From Isoptericola sp. (GTDB taxonomy: Bacteria > Actinomycetota > Actinomycetes > Actinomycetales > Cellulomonadaceae), in NCBI GenBank assembly GCA_031180595.1, contig JAPSLQ010000002.1, forward strand, positions 1,929 to 65,928: a stretch of 64,000 nt of DNA, given 5' to 3'. The notes below the pieces were generated by a model. The model saw only the letters and a program-made list of their open reading frames with translations, did not search any database and was not told the origin of the DNA. Made by a program: the position numbers and the translations under genes. Below, in pieces: positions 10,517 through 25,341 of this stretch (its first letter is position 1; each line of letters opens with the position of its first letter).

Positions 10517-11512
10517 GTGCCGAGCCCCGCCCAGACGACGCCGCGACAGAGCGACCGCGTGGTCGCCGTCGTCGTCGCCTACAACCGTCGCGACCTGCTG
10601 GGCCAGGCGCTCGACGCGCTCGCCGCGCAGACGCGCCCCGTCGACGCGGTGCTCGTGGTCGACAACCGCTCCGACGACGACTCGGCGGTGGTCGCGAGCG
10701 AGCACCCCGTGGGCGCCACCGTCCTCGAGCTCGCCCGGAACACCGGCGGCGCCGGTGGGTTCGCCGTGGGCCTCGCGCACGCCGTCGAGGGGCTCGAGGC
10801 GGACCTGGTCTGGCTCATGGACGACGACACCATCGCGACGCCCACGGCGCTCGAGGAGCTGCTCGCCGCACGCGACGCCTACCCGGGCCGGGTCGCCCTG
10901 CTGGGCAGCCGCGTCGTCTGGCACGACGGGCGCGAGCACCCGATGAACACCCCCCGCCGACGTCCTGGCGCGTCGCGCAACGAGGTGACGCTCGCCTCCG
11001 CCGTCCGGGCGTACCCGGTGCGGTCCTCCTCGTTCGTCTCGATGCTCGTCGACGCGCGGGCCGTGCGCTTCCACGGGCTCCCCGTCGCCGACTACTTCAT
11101 CTGGAACGACGACTTCGAGTACTCGTGCCGGGTGCTGCGGCACGGCACCGGTCTGCACGTCCCGGCCTCCGTGGTCGAGCACCGCACCAAGGCGTTCGGG
11201 GCGACCGACGCGGACCCGGGCGACCGCTTCTACTACGAGGTGCGCAACAAGCTCTGGATGATCCTCCGCTCCGGTGCCCTCTCTCCGGAGGAGCGACTGC
11301 TGTACGCGGGTGCGGCGGCCAGGCTGTGGCTACGCACGTTCGTCGGGTCCGAGGCCCGCGGCGTGCTCGTGCGCGCCGGCCTCCGCGGCCTGCGCGACGG
11401 CCTGGTCCGCCGTCCGCGCCCCAACCGCGAGGTGCTGCGCGCGGCCTGGCCCGACGTCGCCGAGCTGGAGCGCCTGGAGGCGGCGGCCGAGGCGCGGCGG
11501 CGGGCAGCATGA
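10517..11512 (+). CDS. GT2 glycosyltransferase, GlfT1-like
   Basis: VVVAYNRR, VVDNRSDD, NTGGAGGF, WLMDDD and WNDDFEY; next to glf; TACGCT 6 nt before the GTG. Confidence 0.85.
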   Translation: MPSPAQTTPRQSDRVVAVVVAYNRRDLLGQALDALAAQTRPVDAVLVVDNRSDDDSAVVASEHPVGATVLELARNTGGAGGFAVGLAHAVEGLEADLVWLMDDDTIATPTALEELLAARDAYPGRVALLGSRVVWHDGREHPMNTPRRRPGASRNEVTLASAVRAYPVRSSSFVSMLVDARAVRFHGLPVADYFIWNDDFEYSCRVLRHGTGLHVPASVVEHRTKAFGATDADPGDRFYYEVRNKLWMILRSGALSPEERLLYAGAAARLWLRTFVGSEARGVLVRAGLRGLRDGLVRRPRPNREVLRAAWPDVAELERLEAAAEARRRAA

Positions 11513-12369
11513 ACCCGCCCTTCTCCGTCCTGCTGCCCGTCTATCACGGGGACGTGCCCGAGCACCTGCGCCGGTCGTTCGCGTCCGTCGCCACGGCGCA
11601 GACGCTCCCTCCGGCGGAGATCGTCGTCGTGCGGGACGGTCCGGTCGGGCCGGAGCTGGCCGCGACGCTGGCGGAGCTGCGGTCGGCGTCGACCGTCCCT
11701 GTCCAGGTGGTGGAGCTCCCGGAGAACGTGGGCCTCGCCCGGGCCCTGACCGCGGGGCTCGACCGCTGCACGCACGAGGTCGTCGCCCGGCAGGACGCCG
11801 ACGACGTCTCGCGCCCGGACCGGTTCGCCACGCAGGTCTCGCTCGTCGTCGGCGCCGGCGGACGTCCCGGGCTCGACATCGTCGGTTCGGCGATCGAGGA
11901 GTTCGAGCTCGACCAGCAGATCGACGCCGCCCTCGCAGGGTCGAACGTCGGGATGGTCCGGGTCCCGCCGCTCTCCGCGGCGGAGATCGGCCGCGCCGCA
12001 CGGTTCCGCTCGCCCTTCAACCACCCGTCTGTGGTGTACCGGAAGTCCGCCGTGGCTGCGGCGGGCGGGTACGAGGACGTGCCGCTCATGGAGGACTACT
12101 GGCTCTTCGTGCGCATGCTCGCCGGGGGTGCGCGCGCGCTCAACGTGCGTGAGCCGCTCGTCCTCTACCGCGTGGGGGCGGGTGCGTACGCCCGCCGCGG
12201 GGGACTTCGCCTCCTCCGGTCGGAGCTGGCTCTCCAGCGCAGGTTCCGCGCGATCGGCTTCACGACGACGCCCCAGATGCTCCGCAACGTGGTGCTGCGC
12301 GGCGGCTACCGTCTGGTGCCCGAACCCCTGCGTCGCGCGGCCTACCGCGCGGACGCGCTGAGACGATGA
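11509..12369 (+). CDS. GT2 glycosyltransferase (AmsE-like)
   Basis: FSVLLPVY, RDGPV, ARQDADD, SPFNHPSV and MEDYWL; ATGA overlap with the upstream gene. Confidence 0.87.
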   Translation: MNPPFSVLLPVYHGDVPEHLRRSFASVATAQTLPPAEIVVVRDGPVGPELAATLAELRSASTVPVQVVELPENVGLARALTAGLDRCTHEVVARQDADDVSRPDRFATQVSLVVGAGGRPGLDIVGSAIEEFELDQQIDAALAGSNVGMVRVPPLSAAEIGRAARFRSPFNHPSVVYRKSAVAAAGGYEDVPLMEDYWLFVRMLAGGARALNVREPLVLYRVGAGAYARRGGLRLLRSELALQRRFRAIGFTTTPQMLRNVVLRGGYRLVPEPLRRAAYRADALRR

Positions 12370-12483
12370 GCGCAGGCCCCGCCCGAGCACACCGACGTGC
12401 TCCGGCGGTCGCCTCCGCGATGCTGATCCGCCGCGGTCGGGCTCCGTCCCGCGCGCTCGAGACGAGAGGGACCACCCCACGCG

Positions 12484-13686
12484 ATGAAGCGGTTGTTCGG
12501 TCACCCTGTCCGCACGGAGCCCCCGGCGGGCAGCGCCCCCGCCCCCTCCGGCCGCACGATCTATCTCGTCGCGACCAGCGGGCACCCCAACTTCGGTGAC
12601 GAGCTGATCCTGCGCTCCTGGCTCCGGTTCCTCGCGGAGCACGAGCCCGGCGCGGACGTCTGGGTCGACTGCCCCGCCCCGGGGCCGACCGCCGCCCTGA
12701 TGCGCGACGAGCATCCGGGGCTGCGCACCACCGACACCCTCTACCGGCTGTGCTGGGAGGCGCCGTCCGACGACCCTCGGGACGTGGCCGAGTTCGTCCG
12801 TCGGGCGCTGGGGGAGCCGGGCGAGGCGCCCCGCTGGATCCCCGGCATCGACGTCCTGCGTCGAAGCGACGTCGTGCACATGGTCGGCGGCGGGTACGTC
12901 AACGACGTGTGGCCGAGGCACCACGGCCTGGTCGCCGGCGTGGCGTGGGTGGCGGGACGCGGGGCCGCGCGGGTCGCCGCGACCGGGCTGGGCCTGCAGC
13001 CCGCGGGCGACGCGGCGCGCGAGGTGTGGGAGGCGTCCGCGCCGGCGTTCGACGTGCTCACGGTGCGGGACGAGGCGTCGTTGAAGGTCGTCGTCGGCGG
13101 AGCCCCGCGGGCGACGCTGACGCCGGACGACGTCCTGCTGAGCCGGCCGTCGGACGTCGTCGCCTCGTCGGCCGCGGACGCCCCGGACGTCATGGTCTGC
13201 GTGCAGCAGGACATGCTCGACGTCGACTTCGCCGACGTGGTGGGCTTCGTGCGGAGGACCCTGCGCGGGTGGGGCGTCCGCGAGGGCGACGCCGTGGGCT
13301 TCGTCGAGTGCATCCCACGCGTCGACCGGGCGATCTACGACGCGCTCAGAGCGGAGCTGCCCGAGGCCCGCTTCTACTCGCTCTGGGACCTCCTCGCGCA
13401 CGGCCTTCCCGCGCGGCCCGGCCAGCGCTGGATCTCCTCCAGGTATCACCCGCACCTCCTCGCGGCGCAGGCCGGCGCCTCCGGCGTCGCGCTGAGCGTG
13501 TCGGACGACTACTACGCCGTGAAGCACGGTGCCGTGACGGCGCTCGGATCAGGCTGGACGCTCGCGACGACCCAGACGGCCCACGCCGCGCCCGGCGGGC
13601 CGGGCAGGCTGCCGAGCCTGCGCCTGGACCACGCCGCCAGGCTGCGGACGGCGGCGCGGGCGATCTACGGGACGCGGCCTGACTAG
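12484..13686 (+). CDS. polysaccharide pyruvyl transferase family protein
   Basis: GHPNFGDELI, GGGYVN, TVRD and SSRYHPHL motifs. ATG AAG CGG at 12484 and TAG at 13684-13686 are on the + strand; the supplied ORF track lists it as minus. Confidence 0.75.
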   Translation: MKRLFGHPVRTEPPAGSAPAPSGRTIYLVATSGHPNFGDELILRSWLRFLAEHEPGADVWVDCPAPGPTAALMRDEHPGLRTTDTLYRLCWEAPSDDPRDVAEFVRRALGEPGEAPRWIPGIDVLRRSDVVHMVGGGYVNDVWPRHHGLVAGVAWVAGRGAARVAATGLGLQPAGDAAREVWEASAPAFDVLTVRDEASLKVVVGGAPRATLTPDDVLLSRPSDVVASSAADAPDVMVCVQQDMLDVDFADVVGFVRRTLRGWGVREGDAVGFVECIPRVDRAIYDALRAELPEARFYSLWDLLAHGLPARPGQRWISSRYHPHLLAAQAGASGVALSVSDDYYAVKHGAVTALGSGWTLATTQTAHAAPGGPGRLPSLRLDHAARLRTAARAIYGTRPD

Positions 13687-13735
13687 GACGGACCGCCGCT
13701 CACGTTAGGCTGGTCGGCGCTGTCACCCACACTGA

Positions 13736-16871
<3,136 letters not shown>

Positions 16872-16875
<4 letters not shown>

Positions 16876-17753
16876 CCGAGCCCCAGCAGATGCCCTTGAC
16901 CGTCCCCGGTCTCGGGCGTGGCCTTCTCGACGTGCTGGAGCGACGGTTCCTCCTCCGGCTGATCGTCCGCAAGGAGCTGCGGATCCGCTACCGCGGGTCC
17001 GTGCTCGGGATGGCGTGGTCCTACGTCAAGCCCGCGATCCAGTTCGGCGTCTACTTCCTCGCCCTCGGCGTGTTCCTGCGCCTGCGTGACACCGTCCCGG
17101 ACTACGCGGTCTACCTGTTCGCGGGCATCGTCGTCATGAACTTCTTCGGCGAGGGCTTCTCGAACGCCACGCGGTCGATCATGTGGAACGCGCCGCTGAT
17201 CAACAAGATCTACCTGCCTCGCGAGCTCTTCCCGGTCGCGTCGCTGTACGTCTCGGCGGTGCACTTCTTCCCGCAGCTCGTCGTCCTCGTGATCGCGGCG
17301 CTCGTCGCGGGCTGGCGGCCGACGGCGGCCGAGCTCGCCGCCGGCCTGCTCGGGTTCGCCATCGTGGCGATGCTCGCGCTGGGCCTCGGCCTGCTCTTCG
17401 GGGCGATCAACGTCTTCTTCCGCGACGCGGAGAACTTCGTCGACCTCATCGTCATGGTGGCCACCTGGGCCTCGCCCGTGCTCTACACGTGGGGCCTCGT
17501 GCAGACCCAGGTACCGCCCTGGCTCTGGGTGATCTACCAGGCCAACCCGCTCACGGCGGCGGTCGAGCTGTTCCACTACGCCTTCTGGTACGGCGGCAGC
17601 GGGCGGGTCGCGATCCTCCCGGACGGCACGTCGCCCGTGCTCCCGGACCTGTGGGCCGTCGGGGGAGGCGCGCTGGTGGTCTCGGCGGCCGTGCTGACCC
17701 TCGGGCAGGTCGTGTTCCGGCGCCTCGAGGGGCGCTTCGCCCAGGAGCTGTGA
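16872..17753 (+). CDS. wzm: ABC-2 polysaccharide export permease
   Basis: RYRGSVLGMAWSY, KIYLPRE, FRD and NPLT motifs; GTGA coupling. Confidence 0.9.
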
Positions 17754-18484
17754 TGACTGCACCCACGTACATCGAGGTCACCGACGTCTCCAAGCGCTTC
17801 ACGCTGCGGCACAACCGCTCCCTCAAGGAGCTCGCCGTCGCGGCCGTGCGCGGCAAGGACCTCTCCGACACGTTCCTCGCGCTCGACGGCGTGAGCTTCG
17901 AGGTGACCGAGGGTGAGACCGTCGCGCTCCTCGGCTTCAACGGCTCCGGGAAGTCGACGCTGCTCAAGCTCATCTCGGGCGTCCTGCGGCCCGACGGCGG
18001 CAGGATACGCACGCGAGGACGCGTCGCCGGTCTCATCGAGGTCGGCGCCGGCTTCCACCCCGACCTCACGGGGCGCGAGAACGTGTACCTCAACGGCTCG
18101 ATCCTCGGCATGACCGAGAAGCAGATCGACGCGAAGTTCGACGAGATCGTCGCGTTCAGCGAGATCGAGCGGTTCATCGACACCGAGGTCAAGTTCTACT
18201 CCTCGGGGATGTTCCTCCGCCTCGCGTTCTCGGTCGCCGTGCACTCGGACCCCGAGGTCTTCCTGATCGACGAGATCCTCGCCGTCGGCGACGAGCCCTT
18301 CCAGCGCAAGTGCATCGCCCGGATCGAGGAGCTCAAGGACGAGGGACGCACGCTCGTCCTCGTGAGCCACGACCTGGACATGGTCGCCCGGCTGTGCGAG
18401 CGAGGGATCCTGCTCGAGAAGGGCCGGCAGGTCGCCGACGGTCTCGCGTCGGACGTGGTCGCCAGGATGCGGGGCGGCGCCTAG
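17753..18484 (+). CDS. wzt: polysaccharide ABC exporter ATPase (no C-terminal CBD)
   Basis: Walker A GFNGSGKST, signature YSSGM, Walker B FLIDE, VSHD. Confidence 0.92.
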   Translation: MTAPTYIEVTDVSKRFTLRHNRSLKELAVAAVRGKDLSDTFLALDGVSFEVTEGETVALLGFNGSGKSTLLKLISGVLRPDGGRIRTRGRVAGLIEVGAGFHPDLTGRENVYLNGSILGMTEKQIDAKFDEIVAFSEIERFIDTEVKFYSSGMFLRLAFSVAVHSDPEVFLIDEILAVGDEPFQRKCIARIEELKDEGRTLVLVSHDLDMVARLCERGILLEKGRQVADGLASDVVARMRGGA

Positions 18485-18609
18485 GCGTCCGCCGGGGGTC
18501 GCGGCACCGTCCCGCTACGATCGGGCGGGGACGTCCACGGGCGTGACCCAGGGGCCGCGTCCGAGCGTGCCGTTCGCGGGCGTCGTGGTGCGTCGAGGGA
18601 AGGGAACCG

Positions 18610-20448
18610 ATGCTCAACAGCTCCCCGGCACTGCCGGTGGGATCGACCATCCGGCCGCACGAGGGCGCCGGTGCGGCGCGGACGTCCAGGGCGTGGTGGC
18701 TCGTCGCCGCCGCAGCGATCGCCGTCAACGTCGCCGTGACCGTCAAGGTGAGCCTCACGGCGGTAGAACCCGAGTTCCCCTTCGACGAGCTGCACCTCCT
18801 GCAGATGGCGCGCCTGCTCGCGGGGGAGCCGGTGCCCGACTTCGGCAGCGGCGGCTACTTCCCGCTCTGGGGCATCCTGCTCACGCCCCTGTGGTGGATC
18901 TGGGACGACCCGGGCACGATCTACCGGGCCGCCGCGGTCGTCGGGCTCCTGGTCGGGTTCGCCACGATCTGGCCTCTGGCCATGCTGGTGCGCCGCGTCC
19001 GGCTGAGCCTGCCCCAGGCGCTGGCCGTCGCGGCGGTCGTCATGACCCTGCCGGCACGGACGATCCAGGCCGACTACGTGCTCAGCGAGCGGCTGCTCTT
19101 CCTCGGCGTGACGCTCGCGGCTCTCGCGGCGTTCCGCCTGTGGGAGCGGACGACCGTCGTGCGCGCCGTCGTGTTCGGCCTCTCCGTGGCGGTCGTCTAC
19201 CTCACCCACGTGCGCATGATCACGCTGGTGCTCGCGAGCGCCGTCTGGCTGGTCGCGCTGCTGCTCAAGCGGTGGACCGTCGCGCTGGTCGGTCTCGTGA
19301 CGCTGGCGGCGGGATACCTCGGCGCGGACTGGCTGGGTGCGTACCTCAACGAGCTCCTCATGGGCGTGGCCCCGAGCCAGGGCGACCTGTTCATGAACAG
19401 CCTGCGCGACTTCCACCTCACGAACTTCGGACGCGTCGTGCTCGCGCACACCTGGGCGCAGCTCGTCGGCTCGTTCGGCCTCGTCGCGGTCGGCTTCGTC
19501 GCGGTGGTCGTGTGGTCGTGGGACGAGGTCCGGCGTCGGCGGCTGGGCCGCGCGGCCTGGGTCTTCGGCGTCTTCCTGGCCACGTTCCTCGTGTCGGCGC
19601 TCGCGTGGTCCAACGCCCACGACCTGTGGGACGACGGCTGGCGGCGCCTGGACGCGTGGGTGTACACGCGGTACCTCGACCCGGTCTCGTCCCTCGTCGT
19701 CGCCCTCGGCCTGGCCGTCCTCGTCAGCGGGATCGTCCGCAACCGGGTCTGGGCGTGGGCCACGGGTGGGGCCGCGGCGGTCGCCGTGGCGGTCGTCCTC
19801 CTCGTCGCCCCGGTGGCGCCCACGTGGGGGTACGTCACACCGGTCCACATCCCCGGCGTGCTTCCCTGGGCGTGGACGTTCCCCGGCCAGGCGTTCGGTA
19901 CGCCGCTGATCCCGACGTTCACCAACGCCAACCGCTTCTGGCTCTGGGCGTCCGTGGTCCTTCTCGTCTGCATGGTCGCGTTCCGGCTGGGGCGCCGCTG
20001 GCCCCGGGGCGTCGTGGCGGGGGTGCTCGTCCTGGCGTCGCTCGGGACGGTGTCGGCCGACCGTGCCTCGGACGACTTCCGTGCCGGGCAGGGGCTCGAC
20101 CCCCGGTCGGTCGAGGGCTTCTCGGAGTTCCTCGCCGACCACGACGTCAGGACCGTGGGCTGGGACTTCTCCTGCAACCGTTCGCCGCTCTCGCGCGGCG
20201 CCGGGCTCAACTACGTCGGGTACGAGCTGCTCCCCGACGCCATGGTGGAGCGCGTGGACTCCGCCTGGGACGACGACCCGGACCTGGACGTCGTCATCTC
20301 GTGCGCGGGCGGCACGCGCCTGGAGAGCTCGGGGGCGCTCCACCTGCCCGGCTACGAGATCTTCGAGGCATGGGTCTGGATCATGCCCGGGGAGCTGCAG
20401 GACGCGCTGGTGTCCGACGGGCAGCTCACCCCGGGGCCGACCGGCTGA
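18610..20448 (+). CDS. polytopic membrane protein, probable GT-C glycosyltransferase
   Basis: About 12 hydrophobic segments; PFDE motif after TM1; YTRYLDP motif; C-terminal extracellular domain. Confidence 0.6.
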   Translation: MLNSSPALPVGSTIRPHEGAGAARTSRAWWLVAAAAIAVNVAVTVKVSLTAVEPEFPFDELHLLQMARLLAGEPVPDFGSGGYFPLWGILLTPLWWIWDDPGTIYRAAAVVGLLVGFATIWPLAMLVRRVRLSLPQALAVAAVVMTLPARTIQADYVLSERLLFLGVTLAALAAFRLWERTTVVRAVVFGLSVAVVYLTHVRMITLVLASAVWLVALLLKRWTVALVGLVTLAAGYLGADWLGAYLNELLMGVAPSQGDLFMNSLRDFHLTNFGRVVLAHTWAQLVGSFGLVAVGFVAVVVWSWDEVRRRRLGRAAWVFGVFLATFLVSALAWSNAHDLWDDGWRRLDAWVYTRYLDPVSSLVVALGLAVLVSGIVRNRVWAWATGGAAAVAVAVVLLVAPVAPTWGYVTPVHIPGVLPWAWTFPGQAFGTPLIPTFTNANRFWLWASVVLLVCMVAFRLGRRWPRGVVAGVLVLASLGTVSADRASDDFRAGQGLDPRSVEGFSEFLADHDVRTVGWDFSCNRSPLSRGAGLNYVGYELLPDAMVERVDSAWDDDPDLDVVISCAGGTRLESSGALHLPGYEIFEAWVWIMPGELQDALVSDGQLTPGPTG

Positions 20449-20488
20449 GCCCGGTGCCCGGTACCCTGGGCCCGGTCCTGTGCAGTAG

Positions 20489-21499
<1,011 letters not shown>

Positions 21500-21541
21500 C
21501 GGTCCGCCCGCTCCTGCCGGGCGCCGTCGCGTTGCGGACGG

Positions 21542-22990
21542 CTACGTGGCGTCGAGCGGCCGGACGGCCGCGGGCGGCGTCTCCGACGGCTGGTCGCGCC
21601 AGCGGCCGACGCGCGCCTGCGTGACGACGAGCACGAGGGCGAGCGTCAGGCCCACGACGGTGAGGCCGAAGGCGTACCAGGTGGGGCCGGGGTAGACGGC
21701 CGCCTGCGCGCCGCGGAGCTGGCGCCCGAGCGTCGCCTCGAGCTCCAGCGCGAGCAGCGTGGCCCGCGCCACGCCCCAGAGGACGAGCGGGATCCCGCGC
21801 ACCTGCAGCAGGGGCAGCACCATGAACGGCGCCAGGAACGGCAGCATCGCGAAGAAGTAGCGGGCGAACGCGCTGCCGCCGCCGGCGTGGTGCATCACCT
21901 GCATGGCGGCGACGCCGCCGCACGTGCACAGCACCGTGGCCAGCAGGACGAGCCGGACGGCACGCTGCTCGGGGGCACGCAGGATGCGGACGAGAGCCAT
22001 GCCGAGACCGACGAGGACCGGGAGCAGGAGGAGCAGGACCGTCCACGGCCCGGCCGGCTCCAGGGCGCGCGGCAGCCGCGGGTACTCGCCGACCGACATC
22101 TGCTCGGTCATGGTGGACCAGAAGACCGGGTCGACGGCGACCTCGTGCACAGGGCGTGCGACCCGGCTCGTGTGGCGGGCCGCCCAGTCCGGGTGGCTCC
22201 CGCTGAGGTTGCCGGTCAGGGCGAGGTTGCGCGCGTAGAACCAGCCGGACGTCACGACGACCGCACCGCCGGCGGCGAGCGCCGCCGTCCACGCCCGACC
22301 GGGGCGCAGGCGGCCCGGCAGGTGCCCGACGACCACGAGGGCGACGGCGAACAGCGCGGCGACGGGCAGGAGGGAGAACCGGGTGAGACCGCACCCGGCG
22401 CACGCGGCGACGAAGAGGACGACGTCGCGCCGTCGCCCCTCGCCCTGGGCGAGCCGCAGCAGCGCGAGGAAGGCCAGCGAGCTCACGAGCGCGGCGAGCG
22501 TGTCGGTGTACACCGACCCTCCCAGCCGGACGAACCACACCGACAGGCCGACGACGACGGCAGACGCGATCCCGGCACCCCGGACGCCCGGCAGCAGCTG
22601 CGTGCCGATCGCGCGCACCGTGTAGAGCAGGGCGACGGACAACGCGACCATCACGAGACGGGCCGCCATCCCGGCGCCGTCGACGTCGCCGGCGTCGACG
22701 AGCGGTCCGACGACGGGCGCCAGGAGCACGTAGAGCAGCGGCGGGTGGTGCGACGTCCACTGCACGGGCGGGTGGAAGCCCACGGTGTTCTGCAGCTCGA
22801 GACCGTCCTCGAAGACCGGCAGGTTGCCGCGCCACACCTGGAGGGCGTAGTCGACGTGGGCGGCCTCGTCGCCGCTGGAGTAGATCGGGGAGGCCATCGT
22901 GTAGGCGAGAGGACCGCCGAGGCCCAGCAGCACGAGTGCGGCGTGCTCGGCCGTGCGGCGGACCCGGAGGCGTGCGGAGCTGGTCGTCAC
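21542..22990 (-). CDS. GT-C-like membrane glycosyltransferase (DUF2142-like)
   Basis: GDEAAHVDY, HHPPLLY and GWFYARN motifs with many TM helices. Start at GTG 22990 (AAGGCT 6 nt upstream); 23008 is an alternative. Confidence 0.65.
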   Translation of the reverse strand: MTTSSARLRVRRTAEHAALVLLGLGGPLAYTMASPIYSSGDEAAHVDYALQVWRGNLPVFEDGLELQNTVGFHPPVQWTSHHPPLLYVLLAPVVGPLVDAGDVDGAGMAARLVMVALSVALLYTVRAIGTQLLPGVRGAGIASAVVVGLSVWFVRLGGSVYTDTLAALVSSLAFLALLRLAQGEGRRRDVVLFVAACAGCGLTRFSLLPVAALFAVALVVVGHLPGRLRPGRAWTAALAAGGAVVVTSGWFYARNLALTGNLSGSHPDWAARHTSRVARPVHEVAVDPVFWSTMTEQMSVGEYPRLPRALEPAGPWTVLLLLLPVLVGLGMALVRILRAPEQRAVRLVLLATVLCTCGGVAAMQVMHHAGGGSAFARYFFAMLPFLAPFMVLPLLQVRGIPLVLWGVARATLLALELEATLGRQLRGAQAAVYPGPTWYAFGLTVVGLTLALVLVVTQARVGRWRDQPSETPPAAVRPLDAT

Positions 22991-23131
22991 CCGCCTAGCC
23001 TTCCGCACCGCCGCCGTCGCCGTCCACGCGGACGCCGCCGCGCGAGCGCTCCTGCGCTCCTCGGTGTGTGGACGTCAGTCGGTAGACTGTCCACCGGTCA
23101 GGTCCAGGCAACGAGTCGACAGAAAGCCCTC

Positions 23132-24247
23132 ATGAAGCTCTTCGTGCAGATTCCGTGCCTCAACGAGGAGGAGACGCTCCCTCTCGTCCTCGCCACCATC
23201 CCCCGAGAGATCGAGGGTATCGACGAGATCGAGATCCTCGTCGTCGACGACGGCTCGACCGATCGGACCGTCGAGGTGGCGCGCAGCCTCGGGGTGAAGC
23301 ACTTCGTCCGCCACACCCGCAACATGGGTCTGGCGCGGTCGTTCCGGGACGGCGTGGACTACGCGCTCAAGCAGGGGGCGGACATCGTCGTCAACACCGA
23401 CGGCGACAACCAGTACCCGCAGGAGCGCATCCCGGACCTCGTACGGCCCCTCCTGCGCGGCGAGGCGGACATCGCGATCGGTGACCGGCAGACCGCGACC
23501 ATCGCGCACTTCTCGCCGTTCAAGAAGGCGATGCAGCGGGTCGGCTCCGAGGTCGTGAACTTCGCCGCCGGCACCGACCTCCCCGACGCCGCCAGCGGCT
23601 TCCGCGCGTACTCGCGCGCGTCGCTCATGCACCTCAACGTCGTGACGCAGTTCAGCTACTGCATGGAGACGATCATCCAGGCGGGCAACAAGCGCCTGCG
23701 GATCGCGAGCGTCCCGATCACCACGAACCCCAAGACGCGCGAGTCCCGGCTGTTCAAGAACATCTGGCAGCACATGGGCAGGTCGGGCCAGGCGATCACC
23801 CGCTCGTACATCATGTTCAAGCCCCACACGATCTTCGTGACGCTGGGCCTGATCTTCCTCGTGGCCGCTCTGGTCCCGTTCGTGCGCTTCCTGGTGCTGT
23901 GGCTGACGGGCGACGCGGGCGGCCACATCCAGTCGCTGATCTTCGGCACCGCCATGCTCGTCGGCGCTCTGCTGTGCTTCGCGCTGCTCGTGATCGCCGA
24001 TCTCCAGAAGACGAACCGCGTGCTGCTCGAGGAGACCCTCGAGCGGCTCAAGGAGATCCAGTACGGCACCGTCTACGGGACCGGCGACCTTCGCGCCGCC
24101 GTCGACGCGCACCGCGTGAGCTCGCGCCCTGTGCCGCTCGCCCTGGACGCCATGCTCCCCGGCGCGCTCGCCGGGGACGGGACGTCGTCGGAGGCCGTGC
24201 CCGCGACGGACGTGCCCGCGTCGGACCAGGCGCGGCCCGCTCGATGA
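23132..24247 (+). CDS. GT2 polyprenol-phosphate glycosyltransferase-like protein with C-terminal TM helices
   Basis: IPCLNEE, VDDGSTD, NTDGDNQY and SGFRAY motifs; two C-terminal TM segments. Confidence 0.85.
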   Translation: MKLFVQIPCLNEEETLPLVLATIPREIEGIDEIEILVVDDGSTDRTVEVARSLGVKHFVRHTRNMGLARSFRDGVDYALKQGADIVVNTDGDNQYPQERIPDLVRPLLRGEADIAIGDRQTATIAHFSPFKKAMQRVGSEVVNFAAGTDLPDAASGFRAYSRASLMHLNVVTQFSYCMETIIQAGNKRLRIASVPITTNPKTRESRLFKNIWQHMGRSGQAITRSYIMFKPHTIFVTLGLIFLVAALVPFVRFLVLWLTGDAGGHIQSLIFGTAMLVGALLCFALLVIADLQKTNRVLLEETLERLKEIQYGTVYGTGDLRAAVDAHRVSSRPVPLALDAMLPGALAGDGTSSEAVPATDVPASDQARPAR

Positions 24248-25341
24248 TCGCGGCGTTCGGGACGTACGACGCACAGAAGCATCCCCGGGTCGCGGTCCTG
24301 ATCGCGGGACTGCGGGCGCACGGGCACGACGTCGTCGTCGTCAACCGTCCGCTCGGGTTCTCGACCGCCGAACGGGTGCGGATGCTCCAGCAACCCTGGC
24401 GGCTCCCGCTGCTGCTCCTGCGCCTCCTCGCCCGCTGGGCGGGCCTCGTCGGGGACGCGCTGGCGCTCCGGCGTCGTGCCGGACGGCCGGAGGCGGTGCT
24501 GGTCGGCTACATGGGCCACTTCGACGTGATCCTCGCGCGCCTGCTCTTCCCGCGCTCGCGCGTCGTGCTCGACCACCTCGTCTTCGCCGGGGACACCGCG
24601 AGCGATCGGGGGGCGAGGGGCCTCCGCGTGCGGCTGCTGTCGCTGCTGGACCGGGTCGCGACGGCGTGCGCGGACGTCGTCGTGACGGACACCGAGGAGC
24701 ACCGGTCGATGCTCCCCAGGCCGGACAAGGGAGTCGTCGCGCTCGTCGGTGCGAGCGACGAGTGGTTCCGGGCGGGAGACGGCCCGAGGCAGCCCCGGGA
24801 GGCGGGCGAACCGCTGCGCGTCGTGTTCTTCGGCCTCTTCACGCCGCTGCAGGGCACGCCCGTGATCGCCGAGGCCGTCGCTCGCGCGCTCGAGGTCGGG
24901 GTGCCGATCGAGCTGACGATGATCGGCAGCGGCCAGGACCACGCGGAGGTGCACGACAGGCTCGCGGGGTGCTCCGAGGTCCGGTGGCGCGAGTGGGTGG
25001 GGCCCGACGAGCTCCCCGGCCTGGTCGCTTCCCACGACGTGTGCCTCGGCATCTTCTCGGCGAGCCCGAAGGGCATGCGGGTGGTGCCGAACAAGGTCTA
25101 CCAGGGCCTGGCGGCCGGGTGCGTCGTCGTGACCTCCGACACGCCACCGCAGCGGCGGACGCTGGGGAGCGCCCTCGAGCTCGTGCCGCCGGCCGACGCG
25201 TCCGCGCTGGCACGGCGCCTCGGTGACCTGGCCCGGCCCGACCGCCTCGAGGAAGCCCGCGCGCGGGCGCTGGAGGGCCGGGCGCAGGTGCGCCCGCAGG
25301 CCGTCGTCGCGCCGCTCGTCGAGGCTCTGGCCACCCGATGA
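24244..25341 (+). CDS. GT4 family glycosyltransferase
   Basis: FFGLFTPLQG, CLGIF and VVPNKVYQGLAAG GT-B motifs; ATGA overlap. Confidence 0.82.
   Translation: MIAAFGTYDAQKHPRVAVLIAGLRAHGHDVVVVNRPLGFSTAERVRMLQQPWRLPLLLLRLLARWAGLVGDALALRRRAGRPEAVLVGYMGHFDVILARLLFPRSRVVLDHLVFAGDTASDRGARGLRVRLLSLLDRVATACADVVVTDTEEHRSMLPRPDKGVVALVGASDEWFRAGDGPRQPREAGEPLRVVFFGLFTPLQGTPVIAEAVARALEVGVPIELTMIGSGQDHAEVHDRLAGCSEVRWREWVGPDELPGLVASHDVCLGIFSASPKGMRVVPNKVYQGLAAGCVVVTSDTPPQRRTLGSALELVPPADASALARRLGDLARPDRLEEARARALEGRAQVRPQAVVAPLVEALATR

Noticed and set aside
12484-13686. ORF track lists this 400-aa ORF on the minus strand
   Set aside because: The protein translates from the + strand (ATGAAGCGG at 12484, TAG at 13684-13686), so it is annotated as +.
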